This document shows positions 17,279 to 27,773 of a stretch of 64,000 nt of DNA, piece by piece (positions within the stretch are counted from its first letter, which is position 1; every line of letters begins with the position of its first letter). The position numbers were made by a program, and so were the translations under genes. The notes below the pieces were generated by a model that ran no database searches, was not told where the DNA came from, and saw nothing but the letters and a program-made list of their open reading frames with translations. The stretch comes from Patescibacteria group bacterium (GTDB taxonomy: Bacteria; Patescibacteriota; JAQUNI01), in NCBI GenBank assembly GCA_028717685.1, contig JAQUNI010000002.1, positions 71,903-135,902 on the forward strand, written 5' to 3'.

Positions 17279-18046
17279 TTATTGTAAAGATTTAATAAAT
17301 TCCTTGGCGATTTTTTCTTGACCCTGCAGGTTGGGGTGCAAGCAGTCATAATCACTGACGTCGTTCTGATTTAAAATAGGATAGAGATCAATAAGGGTGC
17401 AATTATACTCTTCCGCCACATCTTTGATGGTTTGATTCCAAGCTTCAAGATTTTGGGGTGTAAAATTTTCCAGCCTCAAACCAATTTTATTTGTTTGGCA
17501 AGCAGGTCCTCCTCCTTTACGCATTTGATTTATATTCGGTATAGTGGCGAGAAGGATCATAATATCTTCTTTTTTTAACTGCGAAACAATCTGGCGCAGA
17601 TTATTTTTAAATACAGCTAAAGAAACATTGCTCCCTAAATCCGGACCGCCGGTTAATAAAGTAATATAGCGAGGGTGGTAGCTTGAGGCATTGGGCACTT
17701 GTTTTGCGAGAATATCTTTACTGGTGGCGCCTGAAGAGGCTAAGTTGACAGCGGTCAAGTTTTCACCTTTTTCTTTTAAATATTGATAAGCACTATTAAT
17801 TTGCGCGCCTGTAGAAAAACTGTATTCTTCGTGATCTCCTTGAAGAGCGCTGGAAAGATTGTTAGCTTTGGTCATACTGTCACCCAAAGCCACAAATTTA
17901 CGTTCTTGTTCTGGGGTTTGGGTCTGGGGTTTTTCTGAAGGAGGAAGTGAAGTAGGGGTCTGATTTTTAGAGACGCAGCCAGTAAAAAACAAAACGCTTA
18001 CTAGAAAGCAAGATAGAAGCAGAATAGAGGAGAAAATTTTTTTCAT
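17279..18046 (-). CDS. SGNH/GDSL hydrolase lipoprotein
   Basis: Lipobox-like FTGC; ALGDSMT block I; DCLHPN block V. Confidence 0.85.
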   Translation of the reverse strand: MKKIFSSILLLSCFLVSVLFFTGCVSKNQTPTSLPPSEKPQTQTPEQERKFVALGDSMTKANNLSSALQGDHEEYSFSTGAQINSAYQYLKEKGENLTAVNLASSGATSKDILAKQVPNASSYHPRYITLLTGGPDLGSNVSLAVFKNNLRQIVSQLKKEDIMILLATIPNINQMRKGGGPACQTNKIGLRLENFTPQNLEAWNQTIKDVAEEYNCTLIDLYPILNQNDVSDYDCLHPNLQGQEKIAKEFIKSLQ

Positions 18047-18161
18047 ATTTTTATGTTTCTTTAATATACTGATATTCTGTATATTTCTTGATAGTGAATC
18101 TTAAAGGAAATTCAACGAGAGATCTGTCGGATAGTTTTATTTTACCACAAATTAAGTACTC

Positions 18162-18223
18162 TTGACACGATTTTAGTCATCAGTTAAGATTGTAGTATAC
18201 CCATACCTATGGTATAGGTATAC
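18162..18223 (+). promoter_or_regulatory. Promoter and probable CsoR operator
   Basis: TTGACA(18162)-17-TAAGAT(18185); palindrome gtatacccatacc-tat-ggtataggtatac (18195-18223). Confidence 0.75.
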
Positions 18224-18251
18224 AGAGAATTTAAAATATTAAATTAAAAAT

Positions 18252-18524
18252 ATGGAGAATATGAAACAGAAAACCCTTATTAACTTTAAAAAGGCACAAA
18301 GCCTTTTGGCAAAAATCGCTCAAATGGTCGAGCAAGATCAATATTGCATTGATATTATGCAGCAGAATTTAGCCGTAATTGGTCTTTTAAGGTCAGCCCA
18401 TGAGATGCTGATGGAAAATCATCTGAACACTTGCTTTAAAAAGGCAATGGAAACCAAAAATGAGGCAAGAAAGCAGGAAATGATTCAGGAGATTTTGAAA
18501 GTCACTAAATTATTCAATAAATAA
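18252..18524 (+). CDS. csoR: CsoR/RcnR metal-sensing repressor
   Basis: YCIDIMQQ...ENHLNTC (C-H-C fingerprint). Confidence 0.9.
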   Translation: MENMKQKTLINFKKAQSLLAKIAQMVEQDQYCIDIMQQNLAVIGLLRSAHEMLMENHLNTCFKKAMETKNEARKQEMIQEILKVTKLFNK

Positions 18525-18556
18525 ATCTCGGGCTAGCCGAGGATAAATAAAAAGAT

Positions 18557-20017
18557 ATGCTTCAAAAAATCAAAATAAAGATTGAGGGTCTGCACTGTTC
18601 AAGCTGTAAAACTTTAATTGAAACCAGGGTTGCCACCTTGCCGGGGGTCAAGAGTATTAATGTAGATTATCAAGCGGGTAGGGGTTATGTTGAATTTAGG
18701 GAAGATGAGATTTCTCAAGAGATTATTTTTAAAACAATTAAACAATTAAATTACAAAGTTAGCGAAGAATTTAATTCTGAAGAATCTTCAGAGCCAAAGA
18801 GAGTAAAAGGGTCTTGGTTTAAAAAATTAACACTCGCTTCGCTTTTTTTGATTCTGTTTTTGTTAGGATATTTTTTAGTCCAAAAATTCGGCGGATGGGA
18901 GCTATTAGCCCGGTTGAATGAAAAAAATTTAAGTTATGGTTTGATTTTTCTGATTGGATTTCTCGCTAGTTTTCATTGCATAGGGATGTGCGGAGGGCTG
19001 GTGGTTGCTTACACGACTCACCAAATCGCTAAAAGCGAAAACCGCAGATTGTCCTCGTCCCATTTACAATATAATTTAGGCAGGTTGATTTCTTACACCG
19101 CAATTGGCGCTATTCTGGGCGGCTTCGGTTCATTTTTCGGTATCAATCCTACTTTCACGGGAATAATGACTTTATCGGCGGCAGGGTTTATGATTATAAT
19201 GGGTTTGTCTTTATTGACTAATTTTCGGTGGCTCCAAAGAGTGAAACTAAAAACCCCTGCTTTTATCGCCAGATTTCTATACCGCCAGAATCAAAGCCGC
19301 AGACCTAAAGGACCTTTTATAATTGGGCTTTTAAATGGTTTAATGCCTTGCGGACCTTTGCAAGCAATGCAACTTTACGCTTTAGCTTCGGGCAGCGCGG
19401 CTAGAGGGGCTTTGAGTCTTGGAATTTATGCTTTGGGTACAATCCCTTTAATGTTTGGCTTGGGAAGTTTTGTTTCTCTTCTTAATCAAGAAAAGATCAA
19501 ATGGATGATGAAATTTTCCGGAGTGGTCGTGATTATTTTAGGCCTTCTGATGTTTAATCGGGGTTTGGCTGGTTTTGGCAAGGAAGTTTCCACGCCGAAT
19601 TCTTCCTCCCCGCTTCAGGAGCCTAAAGTAATGAGTGAAAAGGAAGGGTATCAGACTGTGAAAATGGATTTAACTTACCGCGGCTATGTGCCTAATGTTC
19701 TATATGTTCAAGCCGGTGTCCCTGTGCGTTGGGTAATTGATGTGAAACAAATGAGCGGCTGCACGAAGGAAATTTTGGTAGAAAAGTTAGGCATTAGCAG
19801 AGAATTGCAATATGGTGAGAATGTGATTGAATTTACTCCCCGAGAGGTGGGGGAAATTAAATTTAGTTGCGGGATGAAAATGGTTTGGGGGAAATTTATA
19901 GTAACAAAAGAAGCGGGAGGGGGAGTAAATAGTCCTGATCCCGCAAAAAGCGTAGAAGGAGAATCTTCGGACAATCCCAGGGGGACAGGGGGAGGATGTG
20001 GATGTGGATCTCAATAA
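18557..20017 (+). CDS. HMA + DsbD_2/TauE-like membrane + cupredoxin-like fusion (copper operon accessory)
   Basis: GLHCSSC; HCIGMCGG and LMPCG; C-terminal FSCGMKM. Confidence 0.85.
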   Translation: MLQKIKIKIEGLHCSSCKTLIETRVATLPGVKSINVDYQAGRGYVEFREDEISQEIIFKTIKQLNYKVSEEFNSEESSEPKRVKGSWFKKLTLASLFLILFLLGYFLVQKFGGWELLARLNEKNLSYGLIFLIGFLASFHCIGMCGGLVVAYTTHQIAKSENRRLSSSHLQYNLGRLISYTAIGAILGGFGSFFGINPTFTGIMTLSAAGFMIIMGLSLLTNFRWLQRVKLKTPAFIARFLYRQNQSRRPKGPFIIGLLNGLMPCGPLQAMQLYALASGSAARGALSLGIYALGTIPLMFGLGSFVSLLNQEKIKWMMKFSGVVVIILGLLMFNRGLAGFGKEVSTPNSSSPLQEPKVMSEKEGYQTVKMDLTYRGYVPNVLYVQAGVPVRWVIDVKQMSGCTKEILVEKLGISRELQYGENVIEFTPREVGEIKFSCGMKMVWGKFIVTKEAGGGVNSPDPAKSVEGESSDNPRGTGGGCGCGSQ

Positions 20018-20075
20018 ATCCAAAATCAATGAAATAAATATTAATATTGCTATTTATAAACCTCACCAAAATATT

Positions 20076-22340
20076 ATGAACAAAAAAATTATTTTGAAAA
20101 TTATAGGGATGCATTGCGCCTCTTGTGTGGCTAAGATTGAGAATACTTTAAAAAAAGAACAGGGGATCACTTCGGCGAGTGTTAATTTTCCTGCAGAAAA
20201 AGCTTATTTAGAATATGATTCCAGCAAGATTGATCTTCGCCAGATTCAAAAAATTATTGAAGGTTTAGGATATCATACCGCGAAAGAGACCGGCGGGGTA
20301 CAGCATAATCATCATCACGCAGTGGAGGCAGGGAACGTCAAAAAACGTTTTTTGCTAGCTCTCATTTTGAGTTTACCCATTCTCTATATGGTGATGGGAG
20401 AGATGCTTCATTGGCCAATGCCGATGGTTTTTGAAAATTATGGAATCTGGATTCAGTTTATTTTAGCCACTGCGATAATTTTGGCTTGTTGGAATATTTG
20501 GGTGAAGGGGTTTGAAGGTTTATTACGTCTTGCTCCCGATATGGATTCCTTGATTTTTATAGGCACAGCTACTGCTTATTTTTATAGCGTGGCGGTTTCT
20601 CTTTTTATCCTTTCAGGCAAAAATGCGGGGGCGCATCTTTATTATGAAAGCGCGGCTTTAATTTTAGTCTTTATCTCTTTAGGTAAATATTTTGAGGCAA
20701 TAACTAAAGGCAGAACCAGCGATGCAATTAAAAAACTAATTGGACTACAACCCCAAGAAGCGACCATTATAAAAGACAACGAGAAAATAAAAATTCCTAT
20801 CTTTAAGGTAAAGGTGGGGGATGTTATTTTGGTTAAACCTGGAGAGAAAATTCCGGTTGATGGAATTGTAGTGGATGGCTATTCCGCAGTTGATGAAAAA
20901 GCGATTACTGGCGAGAGCATTCCCATAGAAAAGAAGAAAGGCGATGAGGTGATTGGCGCCACGATCAATAAAACCGGGGTTTTGAAATTTCGGGCCAGCC
21001 GCGTCGGCAAGGATACAATGCTGGCCCAGATTATTAAAGTTGTGGAGGAAGCAATGGGGGCGAAGGCGCCGATTCAACTTTTAGCAGACAAGGTTGCTTT
21101 ATATTTTGTGCCGGGGGTGATTTGCATCGCCCTGCTGGCATTTATTATTTGGTTTGTGGCGGGACAATCTTTAGCTTTTGCGTTGTCGGTTTTTGTTGCA
21201 GTTTTAATTATTGCTTGCCCTTGTGCCTTGGGTTTAGCCACCCCCACCGCCGTGATGGTGGGCACGGGACTGGCTGCACAAAACGGAATTCTGATAAAAA
21301 GCGCCAAGGCGCTGGAGATGGCGCGCAAAGTCAACGTCGTTGTTTTTGATAAAACCGGCACGCTCACAAAAGGCGAACCGAAAGTGCAAGGAGTAATCAG
21401 TAACCCTAAATATGGTTACCCAGCTGAGAAAATTCTTAAATTGGCGGGGTCTCTCGCACAAAACTCCCATCATCCCTTGTCTAAAGCAGTATTTGAATAT
21501 GCTAGAAAGAAAAATATTGAATTTAAAAAATTAAAAAAATTTCAAGAGTTGCCCGGTAGGGGGATTATTGCAATATGCGAGCATAATTTATACATAGGGC
21601 TTGGCAATAAAAGATTATTATCTGAAAGAAAAATCGACACTTCCTTTGCGGATAGTTTAATGGAAAAAGGAATGGCTAGTATATATTTATTTGTTTTCCA
21701 TCACGATGAGAAAGTTATCGGGGCTATTTTATTAGCGGACGAAATAAAAAATTATACAAAACAAACGATAGAAATGCTCCGGCGCATGGGTAAAAAATCG
21801 GCCATGATTACCGGCGACAATAAGCGGGTGGCGGACGCCGTCGCTAAACAAGTTGGCATTGATTACGTTTTAGCCGAAGTCCTCCCACAAGATAAGGCGG
21901 GAGCAATTAGACAATTGCAAATGGGCGGAAAAATTGGAAATTGGAAATTAGAAATTAGAAATTCCCGCCAAGGGCGGGTTGTGGCTATGGTCGGTGACGG
22001 CATCAATGACGCGCCCGCTTTAGCCCAGGCGGATTTGGGCATCGCTTTGGGGGGCGGCACGGATATAGCAATGGAGACCGGGGAAATAATTTTGATTAAG
22101 GATGATATAAGGGATGTCGTGAAAGCAATTCTTTTGAGCGGATATGTTTTAAAAAAAATCAAGCAAAATTTGTTTTGGGCTTTCTTTTATAATATTGTCA
22201 GTATTCCTATAGCCGCGGGTATTTTTTATCCTTGGACAGGTTGGCTGTTAAACCCCGCGATCGCGGCGGCCGCAATGGCTTTTTCTTCGGTCAGCGTGGT
22301 TTTGAACGCGCTTTCAATGAAGAGATATAAAGCGCGATAG
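20076..22340 (+). CDS. copA: Cu(I)-translocating P1B-type ATPase
   Basis: [41 protein letters not shown]; start reassigned to ATG 20076. Confidence 0.95.
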   Translation: MNKKIILKIIGMHCASCVAKIENTLKKEQGITSASVNFPAEKAYLEYDSSKIDLRQIQKIIEGLGYHTAKETGGVQHNHHHAVEAGNVKKRFLLALILSLPILYMVMGEMLHWPMPMVFENYGIWIQFILATAIILACWNIWVKGFEGLLRLAPDMDSLIFIGTATAYFYSVAVSLFILSGKNAGAHLYYESAALILVFISLGKYFEAITKGRTSDAIKKLIGLQPQEATIIKDNEKIKIPIFKVKVGDVILVKPGEKIPVDGIVVDGYSAVDEKAITGESIPIEKKKGDEVIGATINKTGVLKFRASRVGKDTMLAQIIKVVEEAMGAKAPIQLLADKVALYFVPGVICIALLAFIIWFVAGQSLAFALSVFVAVLIIACPCALGLATPTAVMVGTGLAAQNGILIKSAKALEMARKVNVVVFDKTGTLTKGEPKVQGVISNPKYGYPAEKILKLAGSLAQNSHHPLSKAVFEYARKKNIEFKKLKKFQELPGRGIIAICEHNLYIGLGNKRLLSERKIDTSFADSLMEKGMASIYLFVFHHDEKVIGAILLADEIKNYTKQTIEMLRRMGKKSAMITGDNKRVADAVAKQVGIDYVLAEVLPQDKAGAIRQLQMGGKIGNWKLEIRNSRQGRVVAMVGDGINDAPALAQADLGIALGGGTDIAMETGEIILIKDDIRDVVKAILLSGYVLKKIKQNLFWAFFYNIVSIPIAAGIFYPWTGWLLNPAIAAAAMAFSSVSVVLNALSMKRYKAR

Positions 22341-22379
22341 AGCCAGGTTTTGAACCAGTTTTAAAAACTTTTCAAAAAC

Positions 22380-22414
22380 AAAAATCTTGTCCCCCGTGAG
22401 GGACAAGATTTTTT
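22380..22414. terminator. Bidirectional terminator between copA and the RRM gene
   Basis: aaaaatcttgtccc/gggacaagattttt. Confidence 0.85.
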
Positions 22415-22436
22415 ATCTTATTGAAGTTCTGATAGA

Positions 22437-22781
22437 TTACCAACCACGGTCTCTGTTGCCGCCGCCATATCCGCCTCTGTCGTCTCCGCGTCCGCCGCCA
22501 AAGCCGCCGCCGCCGCTTCTTCGCGGCCGATCGCTCATTGGTCTCGCTTCATCTATTCTTAGGCTGCGTCCGTCCAACTCTTGGCCATTTAAAGTTTCGA
22601 TCGCTTTCTGCGCGTCTTCGTCGCTTGCCATTTCCACGAATCCGAATCCCTTGGAGCGGCCAGACATTTTGTCTGTGATAATCATCGCTGATTCCACCGC
22701 GCCTGCTTGGGAAAAGAAATCTTTCAAGGTTTCCTCAGTGGTATTGTAGGACAAACCACCGACGTATAATTTTTTTGCCAT
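22437..22781 (-). CDS. RRM RNA-binding protein with Gly-rich tail
   Basis: KLYVGGL (RNP2), KGFGFVEM (RNP1). Confidence 0.95.
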   Translation of the reverse strand: MAKKLYVGGLSYNTTEETLKDFFSQAGAVESAMIITDKMSGRSKGFGFVEMASDEDAQKAIETLNGQELDGRSLRIDEARPMSDRPRRSGGGGFGGGRGDDRGGYGGGNRDRGW

Positions 22782-22972
22782 TTTGAGATTATTTTGCTTG
22801 ATTAAATTTTCGTAGGACGACTTAACTTCTCACTTGAGGTCTTTTATTTTGGAGAGACGCAAGATTTTACGTCTCTACTACTTTAGAAATACCACTTTGG
22901 AGAAAACCCTACTTATGTTTGTATTATAACATTATGTGTATAAAAAGGCAATAGTTTTTTAGAAACCTGCCT

Positions 22973-23680
22973 TTACTGCATTTCAAGATAATGTTGAATG
23001 CTTTTGCGGCAGCCGTCAGCTAAGTCAAGTTTTAATGCCTTTTCTGGCAGCACCCATTTAGCTTTGGATAATTCGTTTTTCTCTAATTTCAGTTTGCCCC
23101 TGACAAATTCAAAGAGACAATCATAATAAACAACATGGCTGGGACGGTGAAAATCCGGAGAGTTAATAAGTTCGTTGGAATCAATAATCTTAATTGGTTT
23201 TACTTTAAGACCTGTTTCTTCTTCCGCTTCTCTTTGCGCGCTAGCTAAGAGATTTTCGCCGGGCTCCAAATGGCCGCCGGGGAGAGTCCATTTGTTTGAC
23301 CATTTGGGCGAGCGGGCAATCAGGATTTCGCCCTTTTTATTTTTGATAATTGCCGTATTAACTATTTCTACGCCGCGGGGGAAATGATGATGCGAAGACA
23401 CAAGATTTTGCGTTTTCGCGAGTTCAAATTGAATGATTTGCAGACCATATTTTTTAATTTCTGTTTCTGAATGGAAAGGCAAGCCTTTTGTTTTCAAGAC
23501 ATAGGTCGCGCGTGTTTTAATCTCGCGTCCGGTGTATTTTTGAGTCTTTGGATCCCATTCCGCAAGAAGTAAAATATCGCCTTCTTTGATTTTAAAATCC
23601 GCTAAGCGCAATTCAAATTTTTTTCTGCCGCTCGCGATTTTTTCAAAATACGCTGGCCATGTTTTCTTTTTGATGGTCAT
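22973..23680 (-). CDS. ASCH/DUF3850-like + NUDIX hydrolase fusion
   Basis: KTWPAYFEKIASGRKKFELR...GDILLL.EW N-domain; Nudix box GGHLEPGENLLASAQREAEEETG. Confidence 0.8.
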   Translation of the reverse strand: MTIKKKTWPAYFEKIASGRKKFELRLADFKIKEGDILLLAEWDPKTQKYTGREIKTRATYVLKTKGLPFHSETEIKKYGLQIIQFELAKTQNLVSSHHHFPRGVEIVNTAIIKNKKGEILIARSPKWSNKWTLPGGHLEPGENLLASAQREAEEETGLKVKPIKIIDSNELINSPDFHRPSHVVYYDCLFEFVRGKLKLEKNELSKAKWVLPEKALKLDLADGCRKSIQHYLEMQ

Positions 23681-23684
23681 AGGA

Positions 23685-24272
23685 TTAAATATATAAATTT
23701 TCTATGTTATTTCTATCCTTTTTCCAGTTCGGGGGATTGTCAATAATATATTCTTGAATTTGTTGCAGGGCGTGTTCATTACGAATAATGTGGTCATAGA
23801 AACGGGATTGTCATTGAAAATGTAGATGATTTTGATATTTGTTAATTTCACGTGTGCAAATTGATTTGTATGAACGAATAATAACCGATAGCGATTGTGG
23901 CTTGGGTGATATCATAGACATTTGGTAATTTTTTGGACGTTGTTTATTCCTATGGTAGAGACGTTGCATTGCAACGTCTCTACGCGGATTATTATAATAA
24001 TTGTGGTTGATTATAATAATCCCATGCATATGGTTCGGCATCACAATATATTCGTCCAAAATCGCAAACGGAAAATGTTTGGGAATTTCTCGCCAATATT
24101 TATCCACAACGATTCCTATTCTGGATAATTGTATTACATTATTAATGACCTGGCCAAAGCATTCTTTCCGCTCTTTTGTGCAAACGGTCACGAAATACGC
24201 TCCTTCCATTGAATAATCATATTCTTGCAGTCTGGCCGATTCTGCGCGGAATTTATCTTGAAATAATACCAT
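23685..24272 (-). pseudogene. REP-associated tyrosine transposase (RAYT, IS200-like TnpA) with an in-frame TGA at 23811-23813
   Basis: YFVTVCT and MPNHMHGII (HUH); the frame continues after TGA as QSRFYDHIIRNE...EYIIDNP.NW, where the family has WQ.xFYDHIIR. Confidence 0.85.
23955..23983. repeat. GTAG-type REP GTAGAGACGTTGCATTGCAACGTCTCTAC (inside the RAYT ORF); relatives at 25005-25033 and 22851-22878
   Basis: Perfect 14-bp palindrome; two degenerate copies within about 1.1 kb on either side. Confidence 0.85.
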
Positions 24273-24374
24273 TTATTTGATTAGAATTTGCGTTTCATTT
24301 TCCTGACCGTTTACCTCGTTAGAGAAAACCACAGTCAGTGGAAACCGTTGGAGAACGAAGTTCTCTAATGGGGT

Positions 24375-24992
24375 TTATATTTTCCGCACAAAATAGCAAA
24401 GCCAATTTGTATCTTCTTCTTGATGAATATGGTTTCTTAAAATTTTAAATCCATTCTGTTCTAGAATTTTTTGGAATTCTACTTTAGTGTAAAAAGCGAA
24501 ATACCGTTCAATCCCGCCGTGTTTTTTTTCTTTGATGATGCCCTCGTCAAGATGTCTTTTTTCTTTGAGGGCGATAAATCCTATGCCTTGGGATTTGATA
24601 ATTTTTCTGATGGCGCGGAGGACCTTGGCGACGCGGCGTTTGGGGATATGCAGGAGGGAAGCAGCAGCCCAAAAGCCGTCAAAATGATTCTGGGGAAATT
24701 TCAATTTGTAGAAATTCATCAAAATAAATTTGCCGCTTTTTACGAACTTGCGCGCTTCGTGAAGCAATCCAGAAGAGGCATCAATGCCAATATAATCAAA
24801 TTTGTTCTTTATAAACAGCAATGCATCTTTGCCTGACCCGCATCCAATGTCTATAACCCTTTTCCCCGAAATCAATTTTTGAAAAATTTTAAATTCCCTG
24901 TGCCAAAAAAGCGGGTTATTATAACCGCGGGCGGCATATTCTTTGGCGATTTTATTGTATGTTTTAATTGTTCTTTGACTAGGGTTCAACAT
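24375..24992 (-). CDS. Class I SAM-dependent methyltransferase
   Basis: VIDIGCGSG, GIDAS, ASLLH; the 25040 start is translated REP, so ATG 24992 is preferred. Confidence 0.85.
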   Translation of the reverse strand: MLNPSQRTIKTYNKIAKEYAARGYNNPLFWHREFKIFQKLISGKRVIDIGCGSGKDALLFIKNKFDYIGIDASSGLLHEARKFVKSGKFILMNFYKLKFPQNHFDGFWAAASLLHIPKRRVAKVLRAIRKIIKSQGIGFIALKEKRHLDEGIIKEKKHGGIERYFAFYTKVEFQKILEQNGFKILRNHIHQEEDTNWLCYFVRKI

Positions 24993-25036
24993 ATATATTG
25001 CCGCATAGAGACGTTGCATTGCAATGTCTCTGCCAA

Positions 25037-25603
25037 TCATTTCATTTTTTTTAAAAGCAAAACCGGGTATCCAGTTTTAATCTGTTGTTTTTGCCAATCT
25101 TTGATTCCTAATTTTTGGGTTAAAAAGCGAGCACAACCCGCTCTTGCTATTTTAGCATTTAAAAAATTGCCTTGGGCTTCCACTTCTATGAAAAAGCCGA
25201 GATTTTTGACTTGATCCAAAGCAATTTCGAAATCTTCACATTGCCAATATTCTCTTTGTTTATCAACAGTGACGATTTTTTTGAAATCCAAAAATTTTAG
25301 AATTTTTCTAAGGTTCTCGGGTTGTTTTACTTCTACTTCATATTCTTCAGCATAATCTTGGGCGCTATCTTTGCGGCAGACAATAGATTTGTCGTATTCA
25401 AAAATCGCGCTGTCGGGATTTTGCCTTACGCGGAGCCATTCAATGGGACAGGGTTTGCGCGCGAAAAAATCGCGGTGGCAGGGGACATAATATTCATCAA
25501 TTTGGCGCAGAGATTTTTTTAGACTGCCTCCAAGAGTCCTTAATTTTTTGCGCGCCATCTCCAGATTGTCAAATTGAATTTTGATTTCCACTTCAATATT
25601 CAT
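25037..25603 (-). CDS. CYTH domain / class IV adenylate cyclase-like protein
   Basis: IEVEIK (ExExK), QIDEYY, WLRVR, KQREYW, LGFFIEVE, GY. Confidence 0.85.
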   Translation of the reverse strand: MNIEVEIKIQFDNLEMARKKLRTLGGSLKKSLRQIDEYYVPCHRDFFARKPCPIEWLRVRQNPDSAIFEYDKSIVCRKDSAQDYAEEYEVEVKQPENLRKILKFLDFKKIVTVDKQREYWQCEDFEIALDQVKNLGFFIEVEAQGNFLNAKIARAGCARFLTQKLGIKDWQKQQIKTGYPVLLLKKMK

Positions 25604-25724
25604 ATGGATTATTATAACAAAAATCATAAAAAAGTGCGATTTTGCAATATTGGCAATGCAGTATATAATAAGAACATCAGACTAGAATTTGTAATGGAAT
25701 AAACTTTCTCTAATGAGGTAAAAT

Positions 25725-26696
25725 ATGAATATTATTGAAGTCCAAAATTTAACCAAGAGATTCGGCGAGGTTACAGCGGTTAACGACCTTTCTTTTAATG
25801 TCCAAAAAGGGGAAATTTTTGGTTTCTTGGGGCCTAATGGCGCGGGCAAGTCCACGACGATTAATATTCTCTCTACGCTCCTTGTTCCTACGAAAGGGAA
25901 GGCGTTTATCAATAATTTTAATGTTCTTTCGGAGAGGGACAAGGTGCGCAAATCCATAGGGCTCGTTTTTCAAGACCCTTCTTTGGACGATCATCTGACC
26001 AGCGAGGAGAATCTGCGTTTTCACGCCAAGCTTTATGGCGTGCCAAAAGAAGAGTATAAAAAACGGATGGAAGAAGTGTTGCGCCTCGTGGACCTTTGGG
26101 ACCGCCGCAAAGAAGTGGTCAAAAATTTTTCCGGGGGAATGAAGCGCCGTTTGGAGATCGCGCGGGGTTTAATCCATTATCCGCAAGTGCTTTTTTTAGA
26201 TGAGCCGACGATAGGTCTTGATCCTCAAACGCGGGCGCATTTTTGGGAATACATTTTGAAATTGAAAAAAGAGCGAGCAATGACCATTTTTATGACCACC
26301 CATTATATGAATGAAGCGGAATATTGCGACCGGATCGGGATTATTGATTATGGCAAGCTGGTGGCTCTAGACACGCCATCCAATTTAAAGAAGAAAGTGG
26401 GATGCGATATTATTGAAATGAAAAGTGGGGATAAAGAGAAATTAAAAGAAGAACTGCAAGCGCGATATCAAGCTAAGATTAAAGAAAAGGATCATATTTT
26501 GCAGATGGAAGTGCAAGACGGCGAAAGATTTTTGCCGCGTCTTTTTAATGAACTCACGACTAAGATTGACGCGATTGCGCTTCGCAAGCCCACTTTGGAG
26601 GATGTTTTTCTGCGCCTGACTGGCCGCGCCATTCGGGAGAGACAAGCATCTTCGCAAGAGCTGATGCGCGCTCGCGGTAGGATGCACAGACATTAA
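25725..26696 (+). CDS. ABC-2 exporter ATP-binding subunit (DrrA-like)
   Basis: GPNGAGKS, FSGGMKRRL, LDEPT, TTHY, PTLEDVF. Confidence 0.95.
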   Translation: MNIIEVQNLTKRFGEVTAVNDLSFNVQKGEIFGFLGPNGAGKSTTINILSTLLVPTKGKAFINNFNVLSERDKVRKSIGLVFQDPSLDDHLTSEENLRFHAKLYGVPKEEYKKRMEEVLRLVDLWDRRKEVVKNFSGGMKRRLEIARGLIHYPQVLFLDEPTIGLDPQTRAHFWEYILKLKKERAMTIFMTTHYMNEAEYCDRIGIIDYGKLVALDTPSNLKKKVGCDIIEMKSGDKEKLKEELQARYQAKIKEKDHILQMEVQDGERFLPRLFNELTTKIDAIALRKPTLEDVFLRLTGRAIRERQASSQELMRARGRMHRH

Positions 26697-26722
26697 AAAA
26701 GCCCTATTAAAATAAAGCTTTT

Positions 26723-27505
26723 ATGTATTTTATTCAACCTATCATTACAATTTGGCAGCGCGAAATTATCCGCTATTGGCGGGATAAAACCAGGATTTTT
26801 TCTACTCTTTTCCAGCCTTTGATGTTTTTGGTGATTTTTGGCGCGGGTTTAGGCAGCACTTTGGCGCGGGGAGATTTTGGCGTGGATTTTATCCAGTTTA
26901 TGTATCCGGGGATTATCGCAATGAGCGTAATGGGAGTGGCGTTTTTTTCCACCATTTCCACGGTCTGGGATCGGGAATTTGGTTTTTTAAAAGAGATTTT
27001 GGTCGCTCCGGTTTCGCGCACGGCGATCGCGATTGGCAAAACTTTGGGGGCGACGACCATCGCCGCTTTGCAGGGGCTGATTTTATTGGTGATTGCTCCT
27101 TTCATTGGACTCAATTTGCATCTTGTGATGATTCCCGAGATTTTTTCATTAATGCTTCTTCTTTCTTTTGCCGTGGCGGGGATGGGTTTGTTTATTGCTT
27201 CTTTAATGAAGACTACGGAGAGCTTTGGACTTTTAATGCAGGTCTTGGTTTTCCCGATGTTTTTCCTTTCGGGTGCTTTCTTTCCACTGACGAGCGTGCC
27301 TAGCTGGATGATGGCTTTATCGCGCTTAAATCCCTTAACCTATGGCGTGGACGCGATGCGGCAGATTTTTTTGCATAACCATATCTCGCCCGAGGTCAGC
27401 CATCGCCTTATCCTGCACCCCATTTATATTAATGTATTGTTTTTAGTTGTCTTTTCCGCAGTTTTAGTCTCCGCCGCCGTGATCGCGTTTAACAAGAAGA
27501 ATTGA
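26723..27505 (+). CDS. ABC-2 permease (DrrB-like)
   Basis: DREFGFLKEILVAP, FLSGAFFP, NPLTYGVD. Confidence 0.92.
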   Translation: MYFIQPIITIWQREIIRYWRDKTRIFSTLFQPLMFLVIFGAGLGSTLARGDFGVDFIQFMYPGIIAMSVMGVAFFSTISTVWDREFGFLKEILVAPVSRTAIAIGKTLGATTIAALQGLILLVIAPFIGLNLHLVMIPEIFSLMLLLSFAVAGMGLFIASLMKTTESFGLLMQVLVFPMFFLSGAFFPLTSVPSWMMALSRLNPLTYGVDAMRQIFLHNHISPEVSHRLILHPIYINVLFLVVFSAVLVSAAVIAFNKKN

Positions 27506-27510
27506 CCCTA

Positions 27511-27659
27511 TGAATTACGAAATGCATTTTTGTCATTGCGAGGGAGGCATTTGATGCCGACCGAAGCAATCTCCTAAATCTATATAAATACAGCTCGATG
27601 AGATTGCTTCGTCGGGCTTAAAAAGCCCTCCTCGCAATGACGACGCATTTCGTAATTCA
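27511..27659. repeat. GTCATTGCGAG palindromic element, copy 2, enclosed by an extra 15-bp IR
   Basis: Core 27532-27641; outer tgaattacgaaatgc/gcatttcgtaattca. Confidence 0.9.
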
Positions 27660-27667
27660 AGGTACAT

Positions 27668-27704
27668 AAAAAACAACCCCCGAGCTTTAGGGAGGTTGTT
27701 TTTT
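27668..27704. terminator. Bidirectional terminator
   Basis: aaaaaacaacc/ggttgtttttt between convergent genes. Confidence 0.75.
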
Positions 27705-27773
27705 TATTTAAGACAAATCAAACAAAGATATAAAAAAGCGGCTGATGCTTAAGAGCCGCTATAGAGCAATTTA

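Noticed and set aside
23811-23813. UGA recoding (genetic code 25 or 4)
   Set aside because: Conserved genes end at TGA at expected positions (e.g. rpsH, adk, comEC) and no other in-frame TGA interrupts conserved genes, so this is a nonsense mutation
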